Shown: piece after piece, positions 37,182 to 47,936 of the stretch | Layout: each line of letters begins with the position of its first letter | Numbering within the stretch: the stretch's first letter is position 1 | NCBI GenBank assembly: GCA_965219415.1 | Contig: CBDCNP010000002.1 | Span: 2,432,001-2,496,000, forward strand | Direction: 5' to 3' | DNA length: 64,000 nt | Source of the DNA: Candidatus Marinacidobacterales bacterium | GTDB lineage: Bacteria > Acidobacteriota > Vicinamibacteria > Marinacidobacterales > DATDRI01 | Notes under the pieces: model-generated | Told to the model about the DNA's origin: nothing | The model's database searches: none | Seen by the model: the letters and a program-made list of their open reading frames with translations, nothing else | Made by a program: the position numbers and the translations under genes

Positions 37182-37372
37182 GACAGGCTCTAATCGGTGC
37201 TTCTGCCATCAAGCGTTGGTACACGTGTGATCTGCAAAAAAGAGGATCGCGTATCGACGGGCAGACAGCCATGGGAGTTGAGGTCCTGCGAACTCGTGTT
37301 CGCCTCGGTGGAGGTTCTGCACGCTGTCGCCGCCGAGCCACCGACGCAATAACGTGTTCAAGAAATAACGCA

Positions 37373-37990
37373 TTATTCGCCGCGAGATGCTAGCTCAGTC
37401 AGGCGACGCGTGACAACCGGTAATCGTGATGGAGCCCACCAAGGACCGGCCTCGAGGCAACGACGCGCTGGGCGGGTAATCGATGTCGGTGCTGGTCCCG
37501 GTTTCATCGGAAGCTCGACACAGGGGGTGGGAAGGCATGGGCCGAGCGATGAATGTGGTCTCGCCCGATTGTAGTACTCACGCCATTTGGTCAAGAGTCG
37601 GCGAAGATGTTCCTCTGACAGCGGTATCAGAAAATCCAAGCACTCCCGGCGTGTGGTGCCGATGAGTCTCTCACAGTAGGCATTCGCCTGCGGTGCTCTG
37701 CGCGGCGTCCTCAACGGCCGAACACCCATCCCCCGGACGGAGCGGCGGATGTCTGCTGAGAACTTGTCATCGCGGTCCGCGATGACGAATCGATAGTCGT
37801 GCTCGCACCCAATCGCCTCCCGGAACTGTTGCAACGTCCACTCCGCAGTCGGATGCGCCGTTACGTTGAAGTGAAGCATCTTGCAGGTGCCGATTTCCAT
37901 GATGACGAAGACGTAAAGCACGCGAAAGCTGACGGTGACTACGTTGAAGAAATCCACAGCGACGACCTGTGCTCCGCAAAAACTCGATCC
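37373..37990 (-). mobile_element. rve integrase core (IS481/IS3-like) transposase 3' fragment
   Basis: DFF.V.T..FRVLYVF, NVTAHPTAEWT.QQ, DRD.KF, PQANAYCERLIGT.RRECLD, YYN.ARPH.SLG; frameshifted tail. Confidence 0.8.
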
Positions 37991-38104
37991 GTCGTTGATT
38001 CTGCAGTTTAGACCTGCCAGGATTGGCCGTTTCGCGGCGAACGGATGAGGTGATCCGACGTCATTGTAAGCGTGGAAAGGTTTGCTCTTGCGTCTGCTCT
38101 CAAA

Positions 38105-38488
38105 TATTGTGCCCGCTTTCGTCAATGCCCTCGCATTCGCTCGGAATCTTGTCTGTTCGCAGGATGCCCTAGCCGCCGAGAATCTCTTTCTCCGTAAAGC
38201 AGCTCACCTTTTTCGCCGAGCGTGAGCAGATGCCACACCGACAACGCGACGCAGTTCACGATGGCGGCGCTGGCTCGGCTGTTCGACTGGAAGAATGCCC
38301 TAGTCGTCGTGAAGCCCGACACGCTCGTCCGCTGGCACCGGAAAGGATTTCGTCTGTTTTGGCGGTGGAAATCTAGACACAAAGGACGCCCACACGATTA
38401 TCGCTTCGTGATCTTCGACCGCGATACCAAGGTCTCCGACGCTCTACGGAAATCCGTGCGCGCGATGGGCGTCAGGGTGTTGAGGAGA
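38105..38488 (+). mobile_element. rve-type transposase fragments with internal deletion
   Basis: ALAAENLFLRK, VVKPDTLVRWHRKGFRLFWRWKSR joined directly to DYRFVIFDRD.K. Confidence 0.7.
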
Positions 38489-38489
38489 T

Positions 38490-38867
38490 GTGGGGCGCTC
38501 CAGCGACTTCTACCGGGACGTTCTCGGTGCGAAAGTCCTGCGTGAGTTCGAGGGTTCCTTCTGCCAGCTGGAATTCCAGGAGACACTCCTATTTCTCGTT
38601 GCCGACGGCGGCCCAACGAAGGACAAACCCGGGATCACCTTTGCCGCGCCGACGGGCCCCGAAACGGTTGCTACGGTTACTAGTGAACTCGTCCTCCGAG
38701 TGCCAGACTGCCAGTCGGCCTATGAGACGCTCAGCAGCCGCGGAGCGAGCTTTCTCACACCACCGGTGAAGCAGGAGTGGGGCGAGGAGATTCGCTGCTT
38801 TTTCCGCGACCCGGATGGCCACCTCATCGAGGTGAGTGAGTTGCTGGACGAGGACATTGATACTTAA
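38490..38867 (+). CDS. VOC/glyoxalase-family protein (5' end probably truncated)
   Basis: S.DFYRDVLG, VPDC..AYE.L..RGA.FLTPP...WG.EIRCFFRDPDGHLIE. Confidence 0.8.
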   Translation: MGRSSDFYRDVLGAKVLREFEGSFCQLEFQETLLFLVADGGPTKDKPGITFAAPTGPETVATVTSELVLRVPDCQSAYETLSSRGASFLTPPVKQEWGEEIRCFFRDPDGHLIEVSELLDEDIDT

Positions 38868-38969
38868 GTCCTAGCACCCCGCGTTCGTCGTCGGAGTAAA
38901 TCGGCCAGCGAGGGCGCGGTTGCCGTGAGGCTTATGGCCAAGCCAATCCATCCATAATGTGCGCTCCTC

Positions 38970-39125
38970 ATTACCATCGGCCTACTCACGTTACACCTCC
39001 TGTCCATCGCCGCCATCGGTATCACGGTATTTTACGGTATCAAAATTCTCGAGGGGACGTCGCATTCGCAAGGCCGATGCCGAGGTCGTTGTACCGGTGC
39101 CGGACTCCGGAATGTTCGCGGCGGT
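38970..39125 (+). pseudogene. Possible amidophosphoribosyltransferase (PurF-like) remnant
   Basis: ADAEVVVPVPDSGMFAA resembles the PurF motif; the rest is degenerate. Confidence 0.3.
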
Positions 39126-39136
39126 GTGCCCTCCCC

Positions 39137-40227
39137 CTACTCTTCGGTACCTTCAAGTAGCGCATAGACGCGCTGCACGGCGTGAGGGTGCACGCCCGGA
39201 CCGTCGATTTGAGGATAGTGCTCCGCGTGATTGGTCATGTCGATCGTTTGAATCGCCCTCTTCCTCGCTCACACCGGCCTCGTGCTTGGCCACGATCTTA
39301 GTCCAGAGATCGCGCAAGTAGGCCTGGAAGTGGTCTATCTTCTCGATGTCCTCGAACGCCGTGCCGTGACCGGGGAGGACGACGTCGAAGTCCAGGTTCT
39401 TGACCTCCTCGAGGGTGTCGGCCCATTCCTTCAAGTAGGCGTTACCCAGGTAACCGAGGCCGCCGGTCAAGAGGTCACCGGTTGCGACGACCCTCTCCTG
39501 TGGCAGGTAGACAACGACGTCACCGCCGGTATGGCCACGGCCGAAAAACAGGAGCTGAATCTCCCGGCCTCCCCGGATCAGCGTCATGCGTTTCGTCAGC
39601 GTGATGGTCGGCGGCGTCGGGACCACGGCATTCGTGGCGTCTTGATAATGCTTCAGGACGGTGACTTGCTTCCGGAGCTCCGCTTCGGCGTCTGCATCGG
39701 TCGCGTCGATGGCTGGAGCTTGCTTTCGGTTTCCTTGATACGATCTGGCAATCCTCCCACGAACAGGTCCCAGGCACGGCCTTCCATCGATTGCCCCCCG
39801 ATACGAGCTGCTCTCGTGTGAACTCGTGCCCGATGATCTCGACATCGTCGCCGAAGGTCTGGTTGCCGTGCGCGTGGTCGAAATGAAAATGGGTATTCAC
39901 CACGTAGCGCACGGGCTTGTCGGTGATGTTCTTCAGCTCTTTCAACAGCGCCCACGATGCGGCCGGCGTCATGTGAGAGTCCACCAGGAGCACGTCGTTT
40001 TCATTGATGATGACGCTGCCGTTGCAGCCGACCGTCAAGTTGCCGGTGCCGACGGCGTGGTAGATATCGTCGCGAACCTTGTGAAAGGTGAAGGCCTCGC
40101 CTTCCCAGACGGCGCCAGGCGGGGGCCCCGCCTCATCGATAGCCGCGTCGGGTGCCGGCAACGGCTGACACGCCCACGTTCCCGCCAGAGCCAAGGCTGC
40201 CATTACGCGAAAAGCTCGTCCATCCAT
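39137..40227 (-). pseudogene. MBL-fold hydrolase lipoprotein (cyclase-like), frameshifted
   Basis: TWAC lipobox; VNTHFHFDHAHGN, GRGHTGGD, TGDL, PGHG; frame changes near 39795, 39720 and 39255. Confidence 0.82.
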
Positions 40228-40344
40228 GATAGCCCTCCGGGAGTGATCGACAGAAGAGGCGAGCCTACGCCATCGGGCGTTTCGTTTCAACGACACGGGA
40301 CCTGCTTCAACAGCAACTGCCCCGCGAGGTAAAGTGGGTGGGTG

Positions 40345-41209
40345 ATGATGTGGATCAGTCTCGTTTTTCTCCTCGCCGCGACGCCGCCCACTCTTCAAGA
40401 CCTTGAGGACATCGATGCCTTCATGGAGAAAGTCCTCAAACAACGCGAAGTGAATTGGGAGAATTTCTACAACTATTCTTGCAAGGAACGCGCAGAGCTT
40501 GCCATCGAGGGCTCGTTGCCTGGTGTTCCGATCCAGGGTTTCCGAAAGGAATTTCTCTGGTTCGTCCGCGACGGCTACGTCGTTCGGAGCCCGCTTTCCG
40601 GTCGACGGCGTCAAGGTTTCCGCCAAGGACCGGGAGCGCGCCGAAAAGAAGTGGATCGAGCGTCTCAAGAAAAGAGAACAAGAGCGTGGACCGGATCGAG
40701 AAACGTTCTTCGGCCTGGAGTTCGAGCCCGGGAACTACTTCTACGCGGGGCAACAGGAGTTCGATGGCCGTGAAGTCATCGCGGTCGAGTACTACCCCGA
40801 ATCCGGCCCCTGGCAAGACGATGACGATGACGAAGACGGCGACTCGGAGGACGATGAGATCGAAGCCCAGATCAGCAAGGTTCTTCTGGTGACGATGCTC
40901 ATCGATCCGAAGGAGCATCAGATCGTAAGGATGACTTTGGACAACGTGGGCTTCGACTTCTTGCCCGTCAAATGGCTCTTTCAACTCGACACCGTCGAAG
41001 CGTCGCTCACCATGCATCGGCCCATTGAAGACATCTGGCTGGCTCGCGACATCAAGGCTTACGCACGGGTCACGTTGGCCGGCGGAGATCTGGACATTCG
41101 TTACGAGTCGACCTTCTACGACTATGTGAAAGCGGAGACCCGAGCCACTGTCCGCTTCCCTCCGCGCGGTATTACCGAGAAGGACGAAGAAGAGAAACCG
41201 CCGGAATGA
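40345..41209 (+). pseudogene. Exported hypothetical protein, one frameshift near 40600
   Basis: Signal peptide; ORFs 40342-40773 and 40499-41209 join into one plausible protein; ATGA overlap with the next gene. Confidence 0.55.
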
Positions 41210-42265
41210 AGCTTCTCGCGGCACTCACTCTCTTGGGTGCGCTCGTCCAGACGGACTCTCGTATCGCCACGGTGCGAGTTCACGGAAACCATACCGTCCC
41301 CGATGCGGAGGTTCTTCGCACTGCCGGCGTCGCACCCGGCGACTCCTTCGAGACGGACACCGCGCGCGAAATCAAGGAACGGCTCCTGAAGAGCGGAAAG
41401 TTCGCCACCGCCGAGGTTCGCGTGCGTTATCGAGGGGCTCTCCGAGTCGAGTGATGTCGCGCTCGTTCTTTTGGTGCGAGAGAAGCGCTCCACGGCGAGC
41501 CGGTTCATGGTGGGTCCCCTGGTGGATGTTTCGAATGAGTACGGCCTGACGGTTGGCGCTCGATTCGCCTTCGTGGACTTCGCCACCGAAGGTGGGCGCA
41601 TCGCCTTTCCCTTGAGCTGGGGAGGAAAGCGTCAGGCGGGAGTGGAGACAAGCTTTCCCCTCGGCGACGGTCAACAGCTACGCTTCGACCTCTCGCGTTG
41701 GCGCCAGGTCAATCCACACCTCGACATCCCCGACAACCGCCTCGAACTGGGAGGGCGGTTCGTGAAGCGCGTGCGCCGCGCCACTTTCGACGCCGGCGGT
41801 CAATGGTCGGACGTCGATTTCGAGCTTCCGGACCAGCGTTTCGCCACACTCGGAGCCAAAGCCGTCTTCGACACGCGAATCGACCCCACCATCCCCGGCG
41901 ACGCGGTCTATCTTGGCCTCGATTGGCGTCGCCTTTTCTTTCTCGCGGGAGTCGAACGCTCAGATGTGAACCAGTACGCTATCGACCTTCGAGGCTACAA
42001 GCGACTAGTAGGTCAATCCCTTCTCGCCGGCCAGTTCTACTGGACGATCGCCGACGGTCCCATGCCGCCCTACGAGCAGCCCTTCGTAGGCGGAGGAAAA
42101 ACGCTCCGGGGCTACAGGGCGGGACGCTTCATCGGCGACGCGCGCTTCCATCATGCGCTCGGCGTCGGTGCCTTCTTCAAGGTACTGATCGGCCTGCGGA
42201 TCGATATGGGATGGGATCTCGAAGGAGGCTCGCGTTTCTCTGTGGAATCGCAGATGAAATTCTGA
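41206..42265 (+). pseudogene. Omp85/BamA-TamA family protein (POTRA and beta-barrel), frameshifted and apparently internally deleted
   Basis: VRVHGNH...D.EVL..AG...G POTRA; DTR, GG..TLRGY, C-terminal F; abrupt join GRFIGDA/RFHH. Confidence 0.7.
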
Positions 42266-42359
42266 TGGGCCCTCGCCGGGGGTTGTGTTCCGCGACGAAC
42301 CGGTGGCATAATCCCGCGCCGCCATTGGAAGTGGCTGCAAGCCTGAGAGGAGAGTAGCC

Positions 42360-42606
42360 ATGAAATATCGATATTTGAGTCCAACGACAGCTGTGGGCCT
42401 GGTCGCAATGGTCGCGCTGGCGCTAGCGAGCGGCGGCTCGCTGGCCCAGGAAATGCCCAAGGCCCCGGAGCCGGGTGTGCCGGAGCTCTTCACGCTCAAG
42501 GGTCAGTTCGTACGGATCGCCTACAACAATGAGGGGTACGTCTCCCTCGGGTACCGGGTGGCCAACCAATCCACCGGAGACGAGTGGATGCTGCTCGAGA
42601 CGGGGT
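42360..42606 (+). pseudogene. Exported hypothetical protein, 3'-truncated
   Basis: GAGGAG RBS, signal peptide, then runs into the antisense PIN gene at about 42606. Confidence 0.5.
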
Positions 42607-43008
42607 CGCCGCGACAAGAGAATCGTTGACCAGAAGCCCTTGCTTCTTCCTGACATCGTGAGAGTGGAGCAAACACTTCATGTCTAGTGGGAGAATGGCA
42701 ACGCCCATTAACGGAATTCGTTCAACCTGCTCGGTGTAGGTCTCGAGGCTTGTCACGAGCCCTGGTTTTGCCCGGAGCTTTCGCGCCACGTTTCCGGACG
42801 ATAGCAATCCCCCAGCGACCGCTTCGATCATCATCAGCCGGTGGGCCACCTCCGCCAGAACGACCGTGGAAGTAATTCCTTTCAAATCCCCCCTCTCGCA
42901 GCGTTCCAGAAATCGCCTGCAATCTGCCGAGGCTCCGGTGAAGTGATAGATAAAGATCGTGGAATCGATGAAAACGCGGGAACCAGGCGCAATCTGATCA
43001 AGTGTCAT
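42607..43008 (-). pseudogene. vapC: PIN-domain toxin (VapC), 3'-truncated
   Basis: VFIDSTIFIYHF, TST.VLAEV.H, GLL.NDSL.AA; the final D..F motif is missing. Confidence 0.8.
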
Positions 43009-43037
43009 TGGGTGGCATTAAGTATCTTCAAGTATCG

Positions 43038-43289
43038 TCAAGTATCGAGGAGCTCGTCCTCTGCCTCAATGATCTCGCGTACTTTCGCCTCTGGTAGATA
43101 CAAAGCCCCCCAACTCTCGGTCACGAATCCCGCCGTGGCCTGCCGCTCACCTTTTCCACCCAGGTACTGCTCGAGCGCTTCCCCCACGATCCCGCTGATC
43201 TGCTTGCCCTGCCGGGCGGCCTCCAGCTTGACTCGCCGGAAGAGACCCTCGTCGAGAAGAGTGCTAACTTTTTTTCTCACGTCCGTCAT
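43038..43289 (-). CDS. Ribbon-helix-helix antitoxin (VapB-like)
   Basis: KKVSTLLDEGLFRRVKLEAARQGKQISGIVGEALEQYL, directly upstream of the PIN gene. Confidence 0.75.
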   Translation of the reverse strand: MTDVRKKVSTLLDEGLFRRVKLEAARQGKQISGIVGEALEQYLGGKGERQATAGFVTESWGALYLPEAKVREIIEAEDELLDT

Positions 43290-43437
43290 GATATTAACTT
43301 GAAAAGAAGATATCGTCAAGATGAATGACTATCAGTAAGTTACAAGCTAGCGATCGCGTGGCTCAAGTGATACTTGAGAAGTTGTTTCACGTTGAACCCA
43401 AGTGGCCTCGGGAAACGTGATGGCGGATGGAAGGATT

Positions 43438-46155
43438 CTATATATTCAAATCGAACTGAGGGTCATCGCCTGCTAGTGGCTCGCCTTCGTTGTCGAGGTG
43501 AACGACCGGCCCGAAGTCGAGCTCGCGAATCCCGGACTCCACTTTCGCGGCGTCACCCACAACCACCAGTAGCATGTGCTCGGGCCGGATGTACCTCCGT
43601 GCGGCCTCATGAATTCTCTCGACAGTGACGTCTTCGATTCCGCTGACGTATCGGGCGAGGTCTCGGAGCGGCAGTCCATAACAGTCGAGCTCCGCGACCT
43701 CCCCACCCACTTGGCTGAGCGTCTCGAACCTCTGCGCGTCACCTCGTATGAGGGTCGCCTTGGCGTCTGCCAACTCGTCATCAGTAACCGGACGGCTCCA
43801 GGAAGCAATGTCCTCGAACTCTTTCACCATCTCGCGAAGCGCGGGCTTGGTAACTCCAGACTCCACCGCCGACACGCCTAGAAAGACGCTCTGGACGATA
43901 CCGTAGCGAAGCACACTAAAGGCACCATAACTAAAACCCTTGTCCTCGCGTAGGTTTAAATTGAGGCGGCTCGAAAACCCGGCGCCCAGAATCGTGTTCA
44001 TGACCTCGAGCGTATGGTAGTCGACGGTCGTCCTCTTGGGAGCGGTGGTGACGACTCGAAGCTCCGACTGCGCTGAGCCGGGACGATCGATCAAATAAAC
44101 TTTCCGGTGAGGCTCCGCGACTGGCTCGATGTGTGCCAACCCGGGGTTCGCCGATTCTCCCCAGTCGGAGAAAGCCCTCTCCGTCGCTTTGCGCGCTTCG
44201 TCTACCGAGATGTCGCCCACCATGACCAAAGTCGCGTTCTTCGGATTGTAGTAGTTGCGGTAAAAAGGCAGAAGATCTACTCGTCGGATCGATTTCACCG
44301 ACGCCTCGTCTCCTCCCACCGGCCAGCCGTAGGGGTGCTTCCCGCCGAACAAAACCTTTCGGGCGACGCGACCCGCGGTGGCACTTGGATTCGCTCTGTC
44401 TTGGAGGATCCCATCGAGCCTTCGCTTCCGAGCTCGCTCCAGCTCCTCGGAGGGAAAGCTCGGGTGTACGACGACATCGGACATGAGCTTCAAGGAAGGT
44501 ATTAGGTGTCGCCGCAAAGTGTCCAACGAGACGACGCTCCATTCCCGGCTCGCGCCCGCGGAGAGATGACTCCCCATCCGTTCGAGCTCGGCCTCGATCT
44601 CGAGTGAGTCTAGAGAGCTTGTTCCCTCTTCCAGCATTTCAGCGGTGAAAAACGCGATGCCGGCTTTGTCCGTCGCATCGGCGACCGCTCCCGTCTTGAT
44701 CACCAGCGCCGCCGCGACCTTGGGAATTTCTCGGCGCTCGACGACGCGAAGCGTCAAGCCGTTGGCAAGTTGCACCGAAGAGATCTCCGGTGGGTGGAAA
44801 GTCGGGCTCGCCCGGAGAATGGGTTTGGTGGACCGGTCAGGCTCTTCGGCCGTCGACTTCACCGATTCCTTCTGAATGAAGGACGTCGCCAAGCGGGGCT
44901 TCAGTAAGTAGCGTTCCGCGGCGACGCGAAGATCCTCGCCGCTCAGACTCTGATACCGTTCGTAATCTTGGCCGATGAAATCCGGTGAACCCAGATACGT
45001 GTTGTACATGGCAAGCCGGTCGGCCTTGCCGCCGAAACCGCCGATCCGCTCGAGCCCGGACAGAAAGTCGAACTCTTGCTTGGCCTTGACCCGTTCCAAC
45101 TCGTTATCGTTCGGCCCTTCGCTGGCGAAGCGGGTAATCTCTTCGTCGATCAAAGACTCCAAAGTGTCTAAGGAAACTCCGGGACGGGCGGTGGCTACGA
45201 TGCCCACCATGCCGGCGATCTCGAGGGAGTAGTTGAAAGCGGTCACGTCGGAGGCCTTTTGCTCGTCGTACACTAAACGCTTGTAAAGTCTAGAGTTCTT
45301 ACCCTCGGACAAAATAGTCGTGACCAAATCCAGGGCGGCGTCGGACTCCTCGAAGTACGAAACGGATGGCCACGCCAGGTAAAGCCTCTCCTGGGGCACC
45401 CGATCTTCGACCACCAGCCGGCGATTGGTATCCATGTGGATGACCCACCGATCCGGGCGACTCAGGAGCGGACCGGGGGCGAGCGGACCGAAATACGTCT
45501 CCACCAAGGCGCGCGCCTCGGGGATCTCGAAGTCGCCCGCGATCACCAGGGTGCAATTGTTCGGCACGTAAAACGTCCGGAAGAACTCCTTCACGTCGTC
45601 CACCGAGGCGCGTGAGAGATCTTCCATGCTTCCAATGATGTGCCAGGAGTAAGGGTGCCCCTTGGGGAACAAATTTTCGAAGAGCGCCTCCATCGCACGA
45701 CCATAGGGGACGTTGTCCATTCCTTGGCGTCGTTCGTTCTTGACGACGTCACGCTGGTTATCGAGGTTCTCTTGCGTCAGAGCATCGAGGAGGTAACCCA
45801 TCCGATCCGATTCTGCCCAGAGCACCAACTCCAGCGAGCCCGAAGGGACGGTCTCGAAGTAGTTAGTGCGATCGAAGTCGGTGGTACCGTTGACGCCTCC
45901 TTGAAAGATATTTGCGCCGGCTCGCTCCATTAGGGACACATATTCGCCTTTCACGTTCTTAGAGCCCTCGAACATCATGTGCTCGAAGAGGTGAGCGAAC
46001 CCCGTTTTGCCCGGCTTCTCGTTCTTGGACCCGACGTGATACCAAAGGTTGACGTGCACCACCGGCAGCTTGTGATCCTGGTGGAAGATCACATCGAGTC
46101 CGTTGGGAAGCGTGAGCTTCTCGAAAGAAATCTGTGGAACGGTTTCTTCTTTCAT
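43438..46155 (-). CDS. M16 (pitrilysin/PqqL-like) zinc peptidase, two-domain
   Basis: GSKNE.PGKTGFAHLFEHMMF, NGTT..DRTNY, ESDRM, V.NERR, SRL..NLREDKG.SYG. Confidence 0.93.
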   Translation of the reverse strand: MKEETVPQISFEKLTLPNGLDVIFHQDHKLPVVHVNLWYHVGSKNEKPGKTGFAHLFEHMMFEGSKNVKGEYVSLMERAGANIFQGGVNGTTDFDRTNYFETVPSGSLELVLWAESDRMGYLLDALTQENLDNQRDVVKNERRQGMDNVPYGRAMEALFENLFPKGHPYSWHIIGSMEDLSRASVDDVKEFFRTFYVPNNCTLVIAGDFEIPEARALVETYFGPLAPGPLLSRPDRWVIHMDTNRRLVVEDRVPQERLYLAWPSVSYFEESDAALDLVTTILSEGKNSRLYKRLVYDEQKASDVTAFNYSLEIAGMVGIVATARPGVSLDTLESLIDEEITRFASEGPNDNELERVKAKQEFDFLSGLERIGGFGGKADRLAMYNTYLGSPDFIGQDYERYQSLSGEDLRVAAERYLLKPRLATSFIQKESVKSTAEEPDRSTKPILRASPTFHPPEISSVQLANGLTLRVVERREIPKVAAALVIKTGAVADATDKAGIAFFTAEMLEEGTSSLDSLEIEAELERMGSHLSAGASREWSVVSLDTLRRHLIPSLKLMSDVVVHPSFPSEELERARKRRLDGILQDRANPSATAGRVARKVLFGGKHPYGWPVGGDEASVKSIRRVDLLPFYRNYYNPKNATLVMVGDISVDEARKATERAFSDWGESANPGLAHIEPVAEPHRKVYLIDRPGSAQSELRVVTTAPKRTTVDYHTLEVMNTILGAGFSSRLNLNLREDKGFSYGAFSVLRYGIVQSVFLGVSAVESGVTKPALREMVKEFEDIASWSRPVTDDELADAKATLIRGDAQRFETLSQVGGEVAELDCYGLPLRDLARYVSGIEDVTVERIHEAARRYIRPEHMLLVVVGDAAKVESGIRELDFGPVVHLDNEGEPLAGDDPQFDLNI

Positions 46156-46192
46156 CTTCCAGGTGTCTCCGGACAAAGGGAAATAAGAAGCA

Positions 46193-47200
46193 TCAACGGG
46201 CATCAATACCCGGGGAGCCAGAACCGGGTTCCGGCGGCAGTCGGCCCAAGCGTTGAAGCCCTTCTAACATTTTCTCCACCGATCCCTCCCTCAGGCCAAA
46301 CTTCTTCTCGAAGAAGCGAAGGTAGAAGCGGTGTTTGACCTTGCCCCAGTTGTAAAGAGCTAGCGCGCCAGCGAGTGAGCCGGTTACGAAGACCGGGAGA
46401 CAGATCCACCAGCCGACCCCATTACGGAGCTTCTTCCAAGCGCCCCATTGCGTGTGTATTTCCTGCCGGAAGGCGAGGTCACGGAAGTATCCGCAATAGA
46501 CTCCCATGGCATCGAGCCAGATGGACGTAAAACGACCATTCACTCCACCGATCTGTGTATCACCCTGCTTGAGCGCACGAAGAAAATCTTCCCGCGTTGA
46601 ACCGGAGCACGCGGTATAACAACTACCCAGTCGGGTCAGCGTATGCGCATCGCTTCCACCCACCAGAGCCTTTCCGGGTAGGCGGCCGATCACGACCGAG
46701 GTGAGCAAGTTCTGTCGGTGCCCCTGAGACCCGTTGATACCCTCGAAGAGATCGAACGAAGCGATCATTTTGTCCATGAACCGCTCGGCATCGCGGAATC
46801 TCGGGAAGCCATGAAAGAGATGATTCAAGACGCAGGGTAGCCCGCTTATGCGCAGGTATCCGATGAGCTCGTCGAAATCGACCTTCAGCGCTTGGATCTC
46901 CTTATGCTGGGCCTCGTTCAAACCATAGACCCCAATGTGGATGGTGTTGCCGAACTCGGGAAGATGGACCGAGACTTCTTCACCGGTCACAAAATCAGGC
47001 GCGTCGGGATGGGCATCGAGAAAGGCTAAGCAACCATCGAGCGAGTCGTGGTCGGTGATGGTGACCAGGTCCATACCCCGACTCTTGGCGGTCCGATAGA
47101 CCCGCTCGGGAGTGTTATAGGAGTCCATCGGCTCGAAGGCCTTCATATGATTGGTTTTGCCGCTGAAGTAGGTGTGGCAGTGGAGGTCGATTTTCAACAT
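46193..47200 (-). CDS. PHP-domain protein
   Basis: IDLHCHT.FS, TITDHD, GEE, HI, LNH, GGSDAH. Confidence 0.88.
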   Translation of the reverse strand: MLKIDLHCHTYFSGKTNHMKAFEPMDSYNTPERVYRTAKSRGMDLVTITDHDSLDGCLAFLDAHPDAPDFVTGEEVSVHLPEFGNTIHIGVYGLNEAQHKEIQALKVDFDELIGYLRISGLPCVLNHLFHGFPRFRDAERFMDKMIASFDLFEGINGSQGHRQNLLTSVVIGRLPGKALVGGSDAHTLTRLGSCYTACSGSTREDFLRALKQGDTQIGGVNGRFTSIWLDAMGVYCGYFRDLAFRQEIHTQWGAWKKLRNGVGWWICLPVFVTGSLAGALALYNWGKVKHRFYLRFFEKKFGLREGSVEKMLEGLQRLGRLPPEPGSGSPGIDAR

Positions 47201-47350
47201 CTCGGCACTCGATTTGAACAGGCGATCCTTGGACCGCCGGGGGCCTCGCCGTCCCCGCCACCACAGCGCGCTATTGCCCTGGGCCTCGGAGATCGTCATT
47301 TTAGTTAGGCCCGGGGCGCCTTTTCAACCGTAGCTATATAATGAGAACCC

Positions 47351-47929
47351 ATGAAGCTATTGGCTTTCGGGGCCTTGTTGGTATTAATCCAAGCGCAAGG
47401 CCCTTTTTTCACGACGCCCCTCTCCCTCGAGGAGATGGCGACCAAGCAGGCTTCGGTGGAGACGACGATGGGCACGTTTGTCCTAGAGTTTCTGCCCGAA
47501 GTAGCGCCCAACCATGTGGGCTATTTCTTGAAATTGGCGTCGGAAGGGGCGTATGACGGTACCTCTTTTCATCGGGTGATCAAGTACGGCATCATTCAAG
47601 GAGGGGACCCTCTCTCCAAAGACCCCGCGGCCCGGGATCGCTACGGGACGGGAGGCCTGGGAGTCCTGATGGCCGAGTTCAGCGAGGAGCAGCACACGCG
47701 AGGTGCGGTCTCGGCGGTTCGGATCCCCGGCAAACCGGACAGTGCGGGCTCGCAATTTTTCATCTGCGTCACCGATCAGCTCTTACTAGACGGCCAGTTT
47801 TCGGTCTTCGGCCGCGTGGTGGAAGGCATCGACGTGGTGCAGAAGATTTCTGAAGTGCCCGCCGATGAGAAGACGATCGCCACCGAGCGAGTCGAGATCG
47901 TATCGGTCACGGTTCGCGACAAAGAGTGA
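47351..47929 (+). CDS. Cyclophilin-type peptidyl-prolyl cis-trans isomerase
   Basis: APNHV..F, YDGT.FHRVI...IQGGDP, SAGSQFFI, LDGQF.VFGRVVEG.DVV. Confidence 0.92.
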   Translation: MKLLAFGALLVLIQAQGPFFTTPLSLEEMATKQASVETTMGTFVLEFLPEVAPNHVGYFLKLASEGAYDGTSFHRVIKYGIIQGGDPLSKDPAARDRYGTGGLGVLMAEFSEEQHTRGAVSAVRIPGKPDSAGSQFFICVTDQLLLDGQFSVFGRVVEGIDVVQKISEVPADEKTIATERVEIVSVTVRDKE

Positions 47930-47936
47930 AAGCGTC

